From assembly GCA_951406725.2 (NCBI GenBank), contig OX597819.1, forward strand, positions 30,194,001 through 30,258,000: a DNA stretch of 64,000 nt, read 5' to 3'. The notes under the pieces are model-generated. The model did no database searches and was not told where the DNA came from. It saw only the letters and a list, made by a program, of their open reading frames with translations. This document shows, piece by piece, positions 12,924-28,019 of this stretch. The position numbers were made by a program, and so were the translations under genes. This stretch comes from Octopus vulgaris (lineage: Eukaryota). How positions within the stretch are numbered: position 1 is the first letter of the stretch; each line of letters starts with the position of its first letter.

Positions 12924-12926
<3 letters not shown>
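12351..12926 (-). mobile_element. ~575-bp non-coding element flanked on both sides by (TAA)n; candidate non-autonomous Dong/R4 partner
   Basis: (ATT)n on both flanks. The terminus TGCCCTGATGCAGTACC is tandemly duplicated here and recurs after (TAA)n at ~7428-7444. Confidence 0.65.
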
Positions 12927-13530
<604 letters not shown>

Positions 13531-13764
13531 AGAGTGCGTGTGATACCAACGGTAACTGACGCGCTTGGAATTATCAGCACTCAAAAGATTGGTACAAATG
13601 TAAAGACAGAACACATACAAAAATCCGCATTGCTTCGAACTGCAGGGTTCTTGAAGCATGATCAGTAAACAAGTGTCACCTTAGTCTACAAGTATGTGGA
13701 CAGTTGACACTTTCTATCATACTTGGCAAAATAAGCTGAGAGCTTTCATCAAATAATAATAATG

Positions 13765-13943
13765 ATGATGGTTTTAAATTTTAGCACATGACAAGCAAGT
13801 TTAACTGAAACTTATTTTATCGACCCTGAAAGGATGAAAGGCAAAGTCGACCTCGGTGAAATTAGAACTCAAAATTTGAAAACGGACGAAATACTGGTAA
13901 GCATTTTGGCCGGCGTTCTAACGATTCTGCCAGCTCACCGCCT

Positions 13944-13944
<1 letters not shown>
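13765..13944 (-). mobile_element. SINE family A copy
   Basis: Reverse-complement head CCAGCTCACCGCCTT and core GAAAGGATGAAAGGCAAAGTCGACC. Confidence 0.82.
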
Positions 13945-13974
<30 letters not shown>

Positions 13975-14067
13975 AAGAAGAAGAAGAAGAAGAAGAAGAA
14001 GAAGAAGAAGAAGAAGAAGAAGAAGAAGAAGAAGAAGAACAACAACAACAACAACAACAACAATAAT
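13945..14067. repeat. (AAG)n(AAC)n microsatellite
   Basis: Directly visible. Confidence 0.97.
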
Positions 14068-14299
14068 TTCTTTTTACTTATCACTATGGTGACAAGTAAT
14101 AGGGACACTCACAATGACATGTATAAAATGCCCGGATTTACTACGAATCGAATGAGATAAACACATGAAATACTCTTTACTCTATTACTCTTTTACACAG
14201 CCACTCCAAGTATAAATGATATGTAAATAATCAATGGTGATGATTTTGTATTTCTGATACAGAAGGACCTCCATCTACGGCCAACGAAGGCCCTCAAAT

Positions 14300-15420
14300 A
14301 TCCAAGCTCACTTTGAACAGCAACGGCATGTACCCTCTTAAACTACCGTTCTCAAACTTAGAACTCAGACTTTTGTAAGAATGCTCACGTGCATGTTATC
14401 TCGTCTACCTTTCTATAAATTCATTGAATGACAGCGTCTCCAGCTCCACACTCAGGTGTAATTTGAAAGAGACGGTGAGAGCTCTGTCAAAGAGGAAAGT
14501 CTCTGTCCTCAGATCTTTCAACCTCGTCCACCACACAACCTTTTCGATTTGGCCAATAGACAGAGGAAAACTGCCTTGCCAACCGACTTAAATGAAGGGT
14601 AGTGGTGGTTCAAGCATTACAATAGAACTGGTTAATATACCTATCCTGTAAGTGACAGCAGTTGATCGACATAACTTCATATATCAGCAATTCCCAGATA
14701 CTCAATGAGTGCGTTCAGAACGGTTCCGTCACTAAGTATGCTTCACAGACGAGCCTGTCTGACGGTGGAGTCTTTCTTGAAACCATTGCAAAGCCAACGA
14801 CTTATGGAAGTTATCCGTGGTAGTGCCCTATCCGAAACCCTTCCGAAACAATTTAACCGGTTTGTTTTCCTCGACACCCAGAGCTTCTCCACGTAGGTCA
14901 TCACTCTTACCCGCCACCTGTTTCTATAAATTATTAGAGTGAAACATCTACTGATTTCATCCTAACTGGTAGAGCACCATGAGCACTTGACGACGTTGCA
15001 GATGACAGGCGACTAATCTGTCTTTACTTCACCCAGGGACAAGCTACCTTTACTTCACAAGGAGACGAGCAGCGGAAAGACGTACATTACAAACGGTTGA
15101 CATACCCGTTCATCGTCAAGGAATCTCTGGAGGTGCCACAATCTCAGTGCATCAACAGCTAAGGCATGACTAACCCACCACGCACAGAGCATTAGCAGGA
15201 GATGGGTCATCAGACCGGTGGAATGTGTTCCTTCCATAAGAAGTTGAATAGCAGGTATTCCATTCTAGTAAGATGGTAACTGGAACAGTCGGGCGTTAAA
15301 CAACAGCGGGCGTGATGTAGGCATTTGCCACCTCCGTCTTTTCAAGGACAGTTTCTACTCAGCCAATTTCTAAGCAAGACTCGTCAGCCGACTCACGTGA
15401 AGACCTCGAATAGTTTTACT
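14300..15420 (-). mobile_element. Decayed Tx1/L1-like LINE ORF2 C-terminal region
   Basis: LTRMEYLLFNFLWKEHIP and ALRLWHLQRFLDDERVCQPFV..VFPLLVSL align with LERIFFRFLWKGHFP and ALRLRHFWLYVDDGEQVWSPFVRRTFPHLVSM of the 29.4-31.8 kb element. Confidence 0.7.
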
Positions 15421-15705
15421 TTAGTTTACCAACACAGACCTCAAATAGTTTTACTGGTCCGTCGGTCCGTCATCCTACTACGCTATCTTCTTCCAAACAC
15501 CTTTCCCTCCAGATGCCGAGTAGCAAGCCCACCGACTTGACTGAGTTCTTAGCCCCATCCACCGCATCGGTGGTATGCGACACAATGACGAGAGAAATTA
15601 TTAAAAATAAGCAAATGCGTGCTAAACTGCAGGAGTTACACATATAACATACATAAAATAGGATTACTAGGCATAACCCACACATATTCCTTTGAATAGA
15701 ATGTA

Positions 15706-16996
15706 CGAGGGGCGTTCAATAAGTAATGCTTCTGACCCACTTGCAGTTATTTTATCTAGCTGAAATTTTGCATGTACAATTATTTATATCTTTATAGATT
15801 AAGTGGCAAATTACAGCTCTGAACTAATTGTGGTTTCTGATTTACAGGTGTTTTAACTGAGTCAAGTGTGAAATGGAGCCTGTTGAGTGTCGAGCAGTGA
15901 TCCGGTTTTTGTATTTGAAAGAACGCATACCACGGGAGACTTTTGATGAAATGAAAGTAACTTATGGTGATGATGCCCCATCATGTGACCTTGTAAAACG
16001 CTGGCATCGTGAATTCAAACATGGTCGGAACTCTGTGGAAACAGCTCCCAGATCTGGTCACCCTCTCCTGCCATTGATGAGGCATCTGTTCGTCATGTTG
16101 AGGCTGCCATTTTGGAAGATCGACGCATAACTATTCGCCAAATAGCTCATGAGGTCAAGATTAGTACCGGGTCTGTGGAAACTATCATTCATGACCATTT
16201 GCATATGCAAAAGCTGCCTGCCAGATGGATTCGCAGGTTGCTCACATCTTTCCGGAAGCAAGAACGTGACGATTGCTCGAGGATGAATTTGGAGATGTGC
16301 CAAGAAGATGAGTCAAGATTTTTCAAAAGACTGATTACACAGGATGAAACCTGGGTCCATCACTATGATCCAGAGACCAAAGCCCAGTCAATGCAGTGGA
16401 CACACCGTGACTTACCTCCTCCAAAGAAGGCAAGGGTGCAGCCCTCTGCTGGCAAGGTCATGCTCACAGTCTTCTGGGACCAGGACGGAGTACTGATGAC
16501 AGATTTCCTGGAAAAGGGTGCCACAATTACAGGAGCCTATTATGCTTCACTTTTGAGGGAATTAAGAGAAGCTATCAAAATCAAGAGGCGGGGCAAGATA
16601 AGCAAAGGCATCCTCCTCTTGCAGGACAATTCTCCGGTTCACAACTCGCGTGTCGCCAGATCAGAAGCACAGGCGTGCGGCTATGAACTCATCTCCCATC
16701 CCCCTACTCTCTTGCCCTTGCACCCTCTGATTTTCACCTCTTCCCAGCCATGAAGTTGTTTTTGAAAGGAAAGCGTTTTCCAGATGATGCAGCCTTGATT
16801 TCTGAAGTCACGTCGTGGTTGGAGGACCAAGCTGGGGTCTTCTACAAAAACGGTCTTCAGAGCTGCATCAAACGATGGGAGAAATGCGTAACTCTGGGTG
16901 GTTCCTAGGTAGAAAAAGACTAATAACTGTGCCAAGTTTCGTTGCTCTACTGCTATGAGAAGTGGGTCAGGGGCATTACTTATTGAACGCCCCTCG
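15706..16996 (+). mobile_element. Full-length mariner (D,D34D) DNA transposon, frameshifted transposase 15873-16923
   Basis: 37-bp TIRs CGAGGGGCGTTCAATAAGTAATGC..CTGACCCACTT with 2 mismatches; TA on both sides; MEPVECRAVIRFL, ITQDETW, LLQDNSPVH and APSDF with 34 residues between the last two Asp after correcting a 1-bp frameshift. Confidence 0.97.
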
Positions 16997-17080
16997 TATA
17001 TGTGTATATATATATAGAGAGAGAAAAATTAGATTTAGGATTAAATCCAATTTTATAGTATAAATATATTATATTATATC

Positions 17081-17284
17081 ATATTAAATTAGAGATAAAA
17101 CCACTATTAGGCAAATCAAACAGTGAAAAACATAAGCCAATACATAAAATTAATTTTAAAATATAAATGTTAAAAAATCATTTTTAACTTTTATACTTTT
17201 TTATTTTAAAATTAATTTTATGTATTGGCTTATGTCTTTCACTGTTTGATTTGCCTAATAGTGGTTTTATCTCTAATTTAATAT
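17081..17284. repeat. 83-bp inverted repeat (AT-rich foldback)
   Basis: Arms 17081-17163 and 17202-17284, one mismatch. Confidence 0.92.
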
Positions 17285-17365
17285 AATATATATATATATA
17301 TAAAATAATAGAAATATTAAAATTACTAAGTCTCTTTAAAAGAGATTACGGCAGCGTTCCTGGAA

Positions 17366-17772
17366 ATTAATAGTTATCGCCATACTAATATGGCATTCTT
17401 ATAAAAATAAGAAAAAGCTGTCCGCTTATTAGCTCCATGAGGCCATCGCCTTAAGTTAGCTATTCGATACACAAACTGTATCCATATAACCTTCGAACAA
17501 GGGAGGTCAGTCGCTCCATACTACTTGACCGACAGCTACAGACGCGTTTCAGGGTATTTGCCCTTTGTCAATGCAGCGTAGTCAGACCCAGTAGGTGTCG
17601 CTTCTGACTATCTCTGTTCGAAGGTTCTATTTACCTAGTTTCGAAGGTTATATGGATACAGTTTGTGTATCGAATAGCTAACTTAAGGCGATGGCCTCAT
17701 GGAGCTAATAAGCGGACAGCTTTTTTCTTATTTTTATAAGAATGCCATATTAGTATGGCGATAACTATTAAT
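17366..17772. mobile_element. 132-bp inverted repeat enclosing a hammerhead motif; Penelope-like pLTR-derived element
   Basis: Arms 17366-17497 and 17640-17772 differ by a single 1-bp indel. Spacer holds the hammerhead fold. The PLE assignment is inferred. Confidence 0.75.
17535..17577 (-). ncRNA. Minimal type I hammerhead ribozyme motif (U3:A8 core variant)
   Basis: GCUGCA-UUGACAA-AGGG caaaua CCCU-GAA-ACGCGU-C/UGUAGC: 6-bp stem I, 4-bp stem II, palindromic stem III, GUC cleavage triplet. Confidence 0.72.
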
Positions 17773-17794
17773 ATATATATATAAATATATTGTC

Positions 17795-18075
17795 TTTTAT
17801 CTTTTACTTGATTCAATCATTAGACTGCTGACATGCTAGGGCACTGCTTTGCAGAATTTTCAGTCGAATGAATTTACTCCAGTACTTTTCTTACTCTGGT
17901 ATTTATTCTACCGATAACTTTAGTCGAAACGCAAAGTCATGGGTATGTAAACACACCAACACTGGTTGTCAAGCAGTGATGCTGGAACAAGCATAGATAC
18001 AAAGACAAGCAGACAGACAGACACATAAACACACACACGCACGCACACATACACACACACACACATGCATACATA
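17795..18075 (-). mobile_element. Old SINE family B 3' part
   Basis: CTTTTACTTG...CATGCT; GTAAACACACCAACACTGGTTGTCAAGC. Confidence 0.72.
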
Positions 18076-18416
18076 TATACATAGAGCCATGCATTTCACC
18101 TTATATTCGCTCTCCTCTCTCATAACATCCCATTTAGCCCACCACCTACTTCCAGTCAGTCAATGGCTAGCTTATGTCCTCGTATGTTACTTTCATCAAC
18201 CTTACCAAGGCGTCTGCACTGGTTCTGCGTGTATTATGTGTTCATGAATGCGTGTGTTGACTACCCGCGTTTGTGTTTATGTATGTCTGCTACATGTACG
18301 TCTGTGTATGAGAGTGGACGTAGAATTATCTATCGGGCATATTGAAATTATAAGTGTGCGTATATGTGTTACGTGCGAGAGATGCAATAGAGTAGTTTTT
18401 CGATCATTCGTGAGCA

Positions 18417-18450
<34 letters not shown>

Positions 18451-18471
18451 TGAGAGAGAGAGAGAGAAATA

Positions 18472-18671
18472 GGTCGCCCACCAAAATTTGCAGAGCGTGA
18501 TTGAGTCTTTCCACAACAGGAATGGAACAACACAGTTCAATTGTAGTTCCACTCGACCCTTCAACATCTGCAACGGTGTGTACCAAGGCTGTGTTCTCGC
18601 TCCAAACACTCTTTGCAATCTTCTTTGCTATGCTGCTGGAACATGCATTTGGCGATTCAACTGAAAGTATC
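18472..18671 (+). mobile_element. RTE-like RT fragment
   Basis: GRPPK...IESFH...PFNICNGVYQGCVLAP/TLFAIFFAMLLEHAF. Confidence 0.8.
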
Positions 18672-18939
18672 GGATTACTCAAGAAAAAAAGGACTTATTC
18701 CCTTGGATTGGTATGAACCATCGGGTTAAGCATGTAGGTTGTGTATCATACTTTAGTTCAAAAGAAAAGACAATTATATATATGAATACATCTACAATTA
18801 TATATATATACGGAGATGAACTTGCATAGCAAGTGACATGATCTGAGATCGTGTGCTTGAGCGAAAACAATTGCAGCGTGGTAGGTGTTTATAAGTCATT
18901 TAAGAAACACACAGAAACCGTTAGATTCACTTCAACATT

Positions 18940-19019
<80 letters not shown>

Positions 19020-19829
19020 AATTTTGTTAACATCATATCAATTTAGAAACTTCGAGAAACGTGAAAATAATTCATTTTTCTTTTTGTGTGACTCGAAGTA
19101 GATAAAGCTACAAATAATAGCGTGTAAATATTTGTTTTAAAAAAATCTTTTGGATAGGAAATGTCGATGGCCGCCCGTGGTGCTCGAGACATCCACATTT
19201 TTTCTAAACATGACAGACGTTCTAACACTGGATCAAGGGCATCCTTTGAATTTGTTTATCTGCTTTAGAAGATTCGTGCGCAACACCGAGAATCATGTTT
19301 GCTACATACGCGCGCTAAAGCCATACAGAGACAGGGTGTCCATATGTGTATAATGGGTGGGTGGCGCATATACACACAGTCCCATTTATATACATGTATT
19401 TTTATATATGTCTCCGGTTGTCTGACTGTACACGCGTGCATATGTGGGTATTTCCGTATGAGCGTGTGTACGTATGTGCGTGTAAATGCATGTATAAGTG
19501 AATGCGTATGTGTGCATATACGTGCATTCGGGAACCCTATGAAACTTTGTTTTGTGAACTTATTTATAGAGTTCGTAGCTAACGACCAAGTTTGTCAATC
19601 CGACCGCATTGGACTCAAATCCCATAGGAACATAAAAGCAGAATAATCTACTTTCTTACTTTCAGATCTTGATTATATACCAGTGACTGTCGTTATTACA
19701 ACTACTTAGGCGGCGAGCTGGCAGAATCGTTAGCACGTCGGGCGAAACGCTTAGCGGTATTTTGTCCGGCGGAATAACAATGACAAACGAAATATACACC
19801 GCCGGAAGTTGTTGTTGACAAACAACAGC

Positions 19830-20041
19830 AGTCATTTTATTCAGTCGAATACACGTCATTGATTCGTTGAAATTACCGAAATACAACTTTAACAAGAAAT
19901 CTCTTCCAAAATACAAAATTTTTTCAACAACGCCTAGAGTAAAAGATGTCTTATGTGACACATTCTACCAGTATACGAAGTTTGAAAGTGTTCAGTTACA
20001 AAAAATTATTTTTTAAATCTGTCGGTCAAAATGTAAAGATC
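19830..20041 (+). mobile_element. 3' half of a MITE related to the TTAGGG-MITE family
   Basis: Shares CGTCATTGATT.GTTGAAATT, ACACATTCTACCAGTATACGAAGTT and an ...AAAGATC end. Confidence 0.65.
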
Positions 20042-20237
20042 TGAAATATTTATTAAGCAAGTTACGTTTTTTATAAATTGAAGTTTTCAGGAAAATTTAC
20101 TTTCTGAACTCCCTTTTATTATTGAATATTTCAAGTTCACAAATCTAAATATTCGGTACAAGATGGTTTTTAACGAGCTTTTAATTATACGATTTTTCCA
20201 TTTCACGTTTATTTCATTCATTGTTTACAATGTTCTT

Positions 20238-20270
<33 letters not shown>

Positions 20271-20272
20271 CA

Positions 20273-20313
<41 letters not shown>

Positions 20314-20789
20314 ACTGTCTCTCTGATATAAACACACACACTGTCTCTGTAATATAAACACACACAAACACACACTCCAGCAATAATTACATATTATATT
20401 GGACAACTTATTAAAAGTTACTGAAGCTTCGAACCCATGTGACTTATTTCCTTTCTGTCGTTATCTAAGAATTATCAAGTGAATTTGTTGTTATGGTTAT
20501 TTGATACGCTATAGGTATTAAAATATCTCTATGTGATCGCTGCTAATCGTAGTTGGACCACCTTGATGCTTGTTTGAAAAACAGAGATTATGACTGTTAT
20601 AAAATAATGAAAGCAATATTTACTAAGGAAGTGTGTACTATTATACAAAGAAATAATTAGACCTAAAATATCATAAAAATCATAAGAATTGGGAATCAAG
20701 TGTGAAAATATTATCAAGTGACTAGCAGAAAACCGCCCTGAGGACGGCCTTTCTGCTGATAATTTAAATTATATAATTATATGCAATTA

Positions 20790-22850
<2,061 letters not shown>

Positions 22851-24154
22851 GCTCTAAAAAGTAAACAAAAGCTTTATGAAAACAACAAAGGTTAATTTTG
22901 TAAGACGTTTCGTTTATGTAGGCAAAATGTATTTCAAATCTCATGATTTCTTTGTTAGAAAAGGAATTTTTAATAAAGAGAAAAATAATAAAGTCGGTGA
23001 GATTGGGAGGATCGAGGCCAAAAAGTAGTGGAGAAAGATGGTCGGTTATTTGAAGTACTCTATATTTATTAATAGTTATTTCAGCGACCCTGTTTTAATC
23101 AACGGAGAGAAAATAGAACCATTAAGTGGTTTTCAGTTCAGAAAAGTGAAATTTCCAACTAGCTCCCGTCATGTATAAACACAAATGACCCTCAGTTTAC
23201 ACGGTTGGTTGGCTTCATTTGTTACCGTTGTAGGGCGACCGTACGTAAAGGAGATGGTGACGAAATGGTCTGTCGATCTAGCCATTTTAAAGGGTTTAGT
23301 TGGTTCAAACAAAGTATAAGAAAAACAGTGTCATGTGGCCTTAACTGAAGGTTGCGATTGGCTGGTTTACACACTGCTGCGAAATAAAACTGCACCAAAA
23401 CCAACCAATCAGGGCAGTGGACACAACATGGCCTAAGTAACCGAAGGATGGCTGATATCTGCCACAACGTTATTTGTATTATGTCAGAGAGAGAGGATGT
23501 GTTTTACCAAACGCTATACCGTGCAAACGAAATCATGTGAACTGAGGGGCATTGAGCTGTAAGTTTTGCTCCAAATCAATCCTCATCATGAAACCCTGTT
23601 ATTAGACGCTTCTATCCGTGACCATCCCATTTTTCCCGTTTATTCTGATCCTTCCCAATCTTACTTGAATTAACACAAAAAGTATTTTCATCGTAATGTG
23701 TATATTCTGCTACAACTTTTGTTTATTGTTTTTGGACGTTGGATAATTTTACCACATTTCAAACATGATGATGGAATGCCAAGTAGAGAAAATCGAATTA
23801 CATGACAACTCAATAGTAACATCATTACTACACAAGGAGTACAGTGATATACAACGTGTAGTATTAAATACTTTTAGGAGGATATTATTGCGATGGCTGT
23901 TGTGACGGTTCCCTCGAGATCAAACCTAATTGAGCAAAACAAGATCACATTGTCCATAATGTCTTACTCTAAGTCGTTTTAATTAATAATTCTAAGTTTT
24001 CGTCAATCTCATTAAAAGTCTTGTCAGAGATAAAGAAAAGACATTCATTTAAAATTCATTAATTGAAAGAGTTGGCGAGGTAGTACGTTGTCGTACACAT
24101 ACGCACCCACAAACCCACAGACATACACACATACGCACACTTTATATATATTTG

Positions 24155-24486
24155 AGAGCCCTTTCTGTCATGACTGACCGTGGATTGCACCTTGAAAGTT
24201 ACCCTCCCAGGCACAAGTCCGGACAGTGTTGTTATGGAAGGTTAGCAGTCGCCCATGCATACTGGTCTCCCCTCTCCACGCCACCAGTGTTATCCAAGGG
24301 AAAGGCAACAGCAGATACAACTTGGCACCTGTGACGTCGCAACTCATTTCTACAGCTGAGTGAACTGGAGCAACGTGAAATAAAGTATCTTGCTCAAGAA
24401 CACAACACGCAACCCGGTCCGGGATTCGAACTCACAACCTCACGATCGTAAACTCGACGCTCTAACCACTGAGCCATGCGCCTTCA
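24155..24486 (-). mobile_element. tRNA-derived SINE family C (head type 1, tail type X)
   Basis: A-box TGGCTCAGTGG, B-box GTTCGAATCCC, TTGAGCAAGA.ACTTTATTTCACGTTGCTCCAG core shared with 51688-52020. Confidence 0.85.
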
Positions 24487-24499
24487 CACACACACACAC

Positions 24500-24582
<83 letters not shown>

Positions 24583-24789
24583 AGTGTGTGTGTGTGTGTG
24601 TGTGACTGTGTGGATGGAGTTTACACACCCACACACAACACACACAGAAGTGTTGTGCCGAAAGTCATGCAAAAGTGGGCATAAGTTGTTTTTTTTCTGT
24701 TACTAACTGACATACGTCGTTCAAACTGCACATATTGAAAGAGTAACTTCCTCTATGTAACTCTTCCCTCTGATATTCTTCATGACAAA

Positions 24790-25930
24790 TACACAATGGG
24801 TTTCGATCAGAAGCAAAGGATCGTCATTGAGTTCTTGACAAAGGAGCTATATCAGGTTTCCAGACATCCACAAAAATCTACAGGTTGATTATGGGGATGA
24901 CACTATTGATAGATTGATAAAGTTCGAAGGAGATATTGTGCTGTGTGGAGACTGGCAGGCCAAAAAATATATCTGCCGCTTCCTCTGCGTGTTGTAAAAG
25001 GCGACTAAAAGAGGTTGAGGAAGAATTTGTATTCTGACTTCGTAAAGCCCTCATCAGCAATGGTTACCCGAACAGACCGATGAGTTGGAAGGTTGTCACC
25101 TGCAAAGGAGAAAGGAATCACCAACAAATATTGCTGTGACATGTTTTTACTGTGCATGCCCCCATGATATTACAATTAGCTTTGAAGATACACCACACTG
25201 TAGGAGACCATCCACTACCATAACTAACATGAATTTCTATCTAGTGGACGAAATGACTCGCGCGGACAGACAATTCACAATTTGTAAGCTTGCTGCACAA
25301 CTGGACTGTGATCACACACAACGCATTAAAGGTAATGGTAGGAGAATATGGGTATCAGAAATAATGTACAAAGTGGGTTACTCGACAACTGGTACCCGAT
25401 TACCAAGGAGAGGAGAGTGGAAGTCTGCCTGGAAGCGTTTGAAGTAAAAAAAAAATTTTTTAAGTTTAACCGAACTGGTGACAGAGGATGAAATGAGGAT
25501 GTATTTTTATGATTCTGAAACGGAGTCTTAATTCGTGAAATGCCGTCATCCTCTTTCTCCACTGCCTAAAATTATCAAGAACCTGCGATCGACTCCGAAA
25601 GTTATAGTGACTGGGATATCAAGGACGTAATTCTTGATTTTTTGGAACGTGACTGTACTGTAAAGAGCGAGTGGTACATTGAGATACGCAAAAAGTTTAG
25701 AGGAAGAGACCGAACAATAATTTGAAGATGATCTACATTCACCATGTCAATGCACAAGCATATACATCTTGGCAACAAATCAGGTAACTGGGGAATTGGA
25801 CTGGTCATCCATTACATAGCCCACATCTGGCACCCTCCGATTTCCACCTGTTCGATCCAATTAAGGACTTTGATCTAGTGACACAAACGATGTGTGACTG
25901 TGAAGAGATGGATATAACTACAAGCTAGAT
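24790..25930 (+). mobile_element. Highly decayed mariner with an internal insertion (~24915-25170)
   Basis: QRIVIEFLTKE...YGDDTID; EDTPHCRRPSTT...DRQFTICKLA; KWVTRQL; SPHLAPSDFHLF. The insertion contains LRKALISNGYP (Penelope-like motif). Confidence 0.72.
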
Positions 25931-26822
25931 TTTGTGTATATATATATATATTATAGCTGTGTGTGTGAGTGTGCGTGTGTGCGCGCGCGCATCGTGTGTA
26001 TCTGTCTGTGTGTGTGTGGTGTGTGTGTGTATGCATGTATGTATACTTTCGATTGTTGAACGGGGGAAATCAGTCCCCCAGACTCAAAACCTGTGCATCA
26101 ATGGACTAACTATCTCTCCTGTTCCACACAAAGAATGTTACACGTACCTAGCATTGATGAAAACATATCATACAAAGGTACTGTGAATAAAGATAGAGTG
26201 GCCCGAGAATATTATGTCAGACTTAGTAAAATATGACGGTCGGATTTCTCCTCTTCCAAGATATCCTACAATGCATTGGCAGTACCAGTGCAGATTCCAA
26301 CACTTGGAATACCTCATGATCTGTAGAGGAAATCCACTACATTGAAGTTAAAATCCGCAAGATACTGACATCAACTGGAAATCTCCACGAGAATAGGGAT
26401 ATCGACTGGCTCTACCTAAGAAGAGATAAAAGATGGCAGATGCTTGAGATCAGTACAGACTGCCTTCGAATGTCGTATAGTCTCTCTCAGACAGCACTTA
26501 CTAAACAACAGCAGCAAAAATATATACATTAACTTAGTGATGAAAACTGAAAAGAACAATATCCTACGCGTTTGCAGCGAGCTCCACGGCAATCATTCTC
26601 TTCTTGATTACTTCCGATATAACCCCAAAACAACCTGACAAACATGCCTCAAAAGAAGGCCTGAATGTGAAATACTCAGAGTACAAAAAAAGATTATGCA
26701 TAGGTATGTTTCCCGAAGACTCTAAGAAGACGACAATATCGACATGAAGCTGTGACCGCTACATCACATCAAACTTCGAAGGCTATGCATTTGCAATCCA
26801 AGAACAGGAAATGATTACGAAA

Positions 26823-27203
26823 TCTCTCTATATATAAACGGCAGTTTGTCTGTGCGTGTTTCTGTGTGTCTGTTTGCTTGTACCCTCACCCTGACCACGG
26901 CTTTCAACCGATTCTGATGAAACTTGACACACACATAGCCCAATGTCATAATTCAAAACTAACGCAGCGAAAATTTTGAAAAGTTCCCCCAGTTCTGAAA
27001 AATATCGATAAATTCGACATGGGGTCGAGAATCAGAAACACAAACCGCAAACTGTCTAGGGGACGCAACTCCACCTTTTTTAACTAAAAAAATTTACCAT
27101 CATTTTTTTCCATTTTTTTTGCTATTTTTTGGCTATAACTCTCTAAAAATGCTTTATAGTTATTTCCCTTACAAACCTGAGCAACGCCGGGCGATACTGC
27201 TAG
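26823..27203 (+). mobile_element. Non-autonomous Helitron (381 bp)
   Basis: 5' TC, 3' CTAG, subterminal hairpin CCTGAGCAACGCCGGG; inserted between A and T with no TSD; removal restores the host LINE frame (TK|YL). Confidence 0.92.
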
Positions 27204-27329
27204 TATCTAATAAGCAACAGAGATAGTGAAGCCCTTGATAGTGAAGTACCAGAATGCAACCGAAAATTTGGCTTATGTCATGTCTCTTGGAATACACCAC
27301 ATACGTGATTAGCAGCTGTCCAAAAATGT

Positions 27330-27426
27330 CAACACGATGCCGTATGCAGCACGATGCCGTATGCAACACGATGCCGTATGCAACACGATGCCGTATGCAA
27401 CACGATGCCGTATGCAACACGATGCT
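27330..27426. repeat. 17-bp tandem repeat CAACACGATGCCGTATG, ~5.5 copies
   Basis: Directly visible. Confidence 0.95.
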
Positions 27427-28019
27427 GTCGCAAAAATAATATTCCATGCCATCAAAAAAAAAAAAGCTACCGTGGAATAAATATAGCAAATCCTTCTGTT
27501 ATTGAATGCATATACAAACATCAATAGAATGAATACTGGTGGAACATTCCCACCAAAACAATTGTCGAATATAAGCATAACAAGCTGGAAATTGTTATTT
27601 GAGACAAACAAGAAAAAGTATGTACCATTATAAAGGTCAGCTGTCCTCCTGATGTGAATATCTCTTTGAAAATCAAAGAGGAAAAGGATTACTATGGACA
27701 ACTGCTTCGAAACTTCCAGCTTCTATATCCAGATTACAAATTTACATTTATACCAATAATGATTGATGCACTTGGTTTTGTGAGCAAATATCTAACTGAC
27801 AGTCTGGATTTTCAAGCAAAGAAATCAGCCATTACAAACACAATCTACAATACGCAAGAATTTTCTCAGGTGTAAAATGTGACATTGTTTTTGTTATCTA
27901 CATTCCAACGACGGAGCTTTGCATCTTTGTTAGAAACCAGTTCCTTCCTAAGAGGAAGAATTTAAATGATTAAAAACAGAAGAAAACCAAGCATTTATAC
28001 AGGTAAATCTATATATCTT

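Larger units (their letters stand above)
26050..27900 (+). mobile_element. Decayed R4/Dong-like RLE LINE 3' half (copy 3), interrupted by a Helitron
   Basis: YTYL/IDENISY; EGYAFAIQEQEMITK|YLISNRD; SSCPKMS...HDAV; WWNIP...VCTIIKVSCPPDVNISLKIKEEKDYYGQL...IPIMIDALGFV. Confidence 0.85.

Noticed and set aside
16112-16753. SETMAR-like gene or active transposase
   Set aside because: No SET domain; bounded by TIRs and TA; frameshifts split the ORF.
20721-20760. Hairpin next to CTAG resembling a terminator or Helitron 3' end
   Set aside because: Too short and isolated to call; Rho-independent terminators are not relevant in this context.
27330-27426. CRISPR-like repeat array (also considered for the SINE trimers and the 41-44 kb array)
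   Set aside because: Head-to-tail repeats without unique spacers, no cas genes, eukaryotic context.
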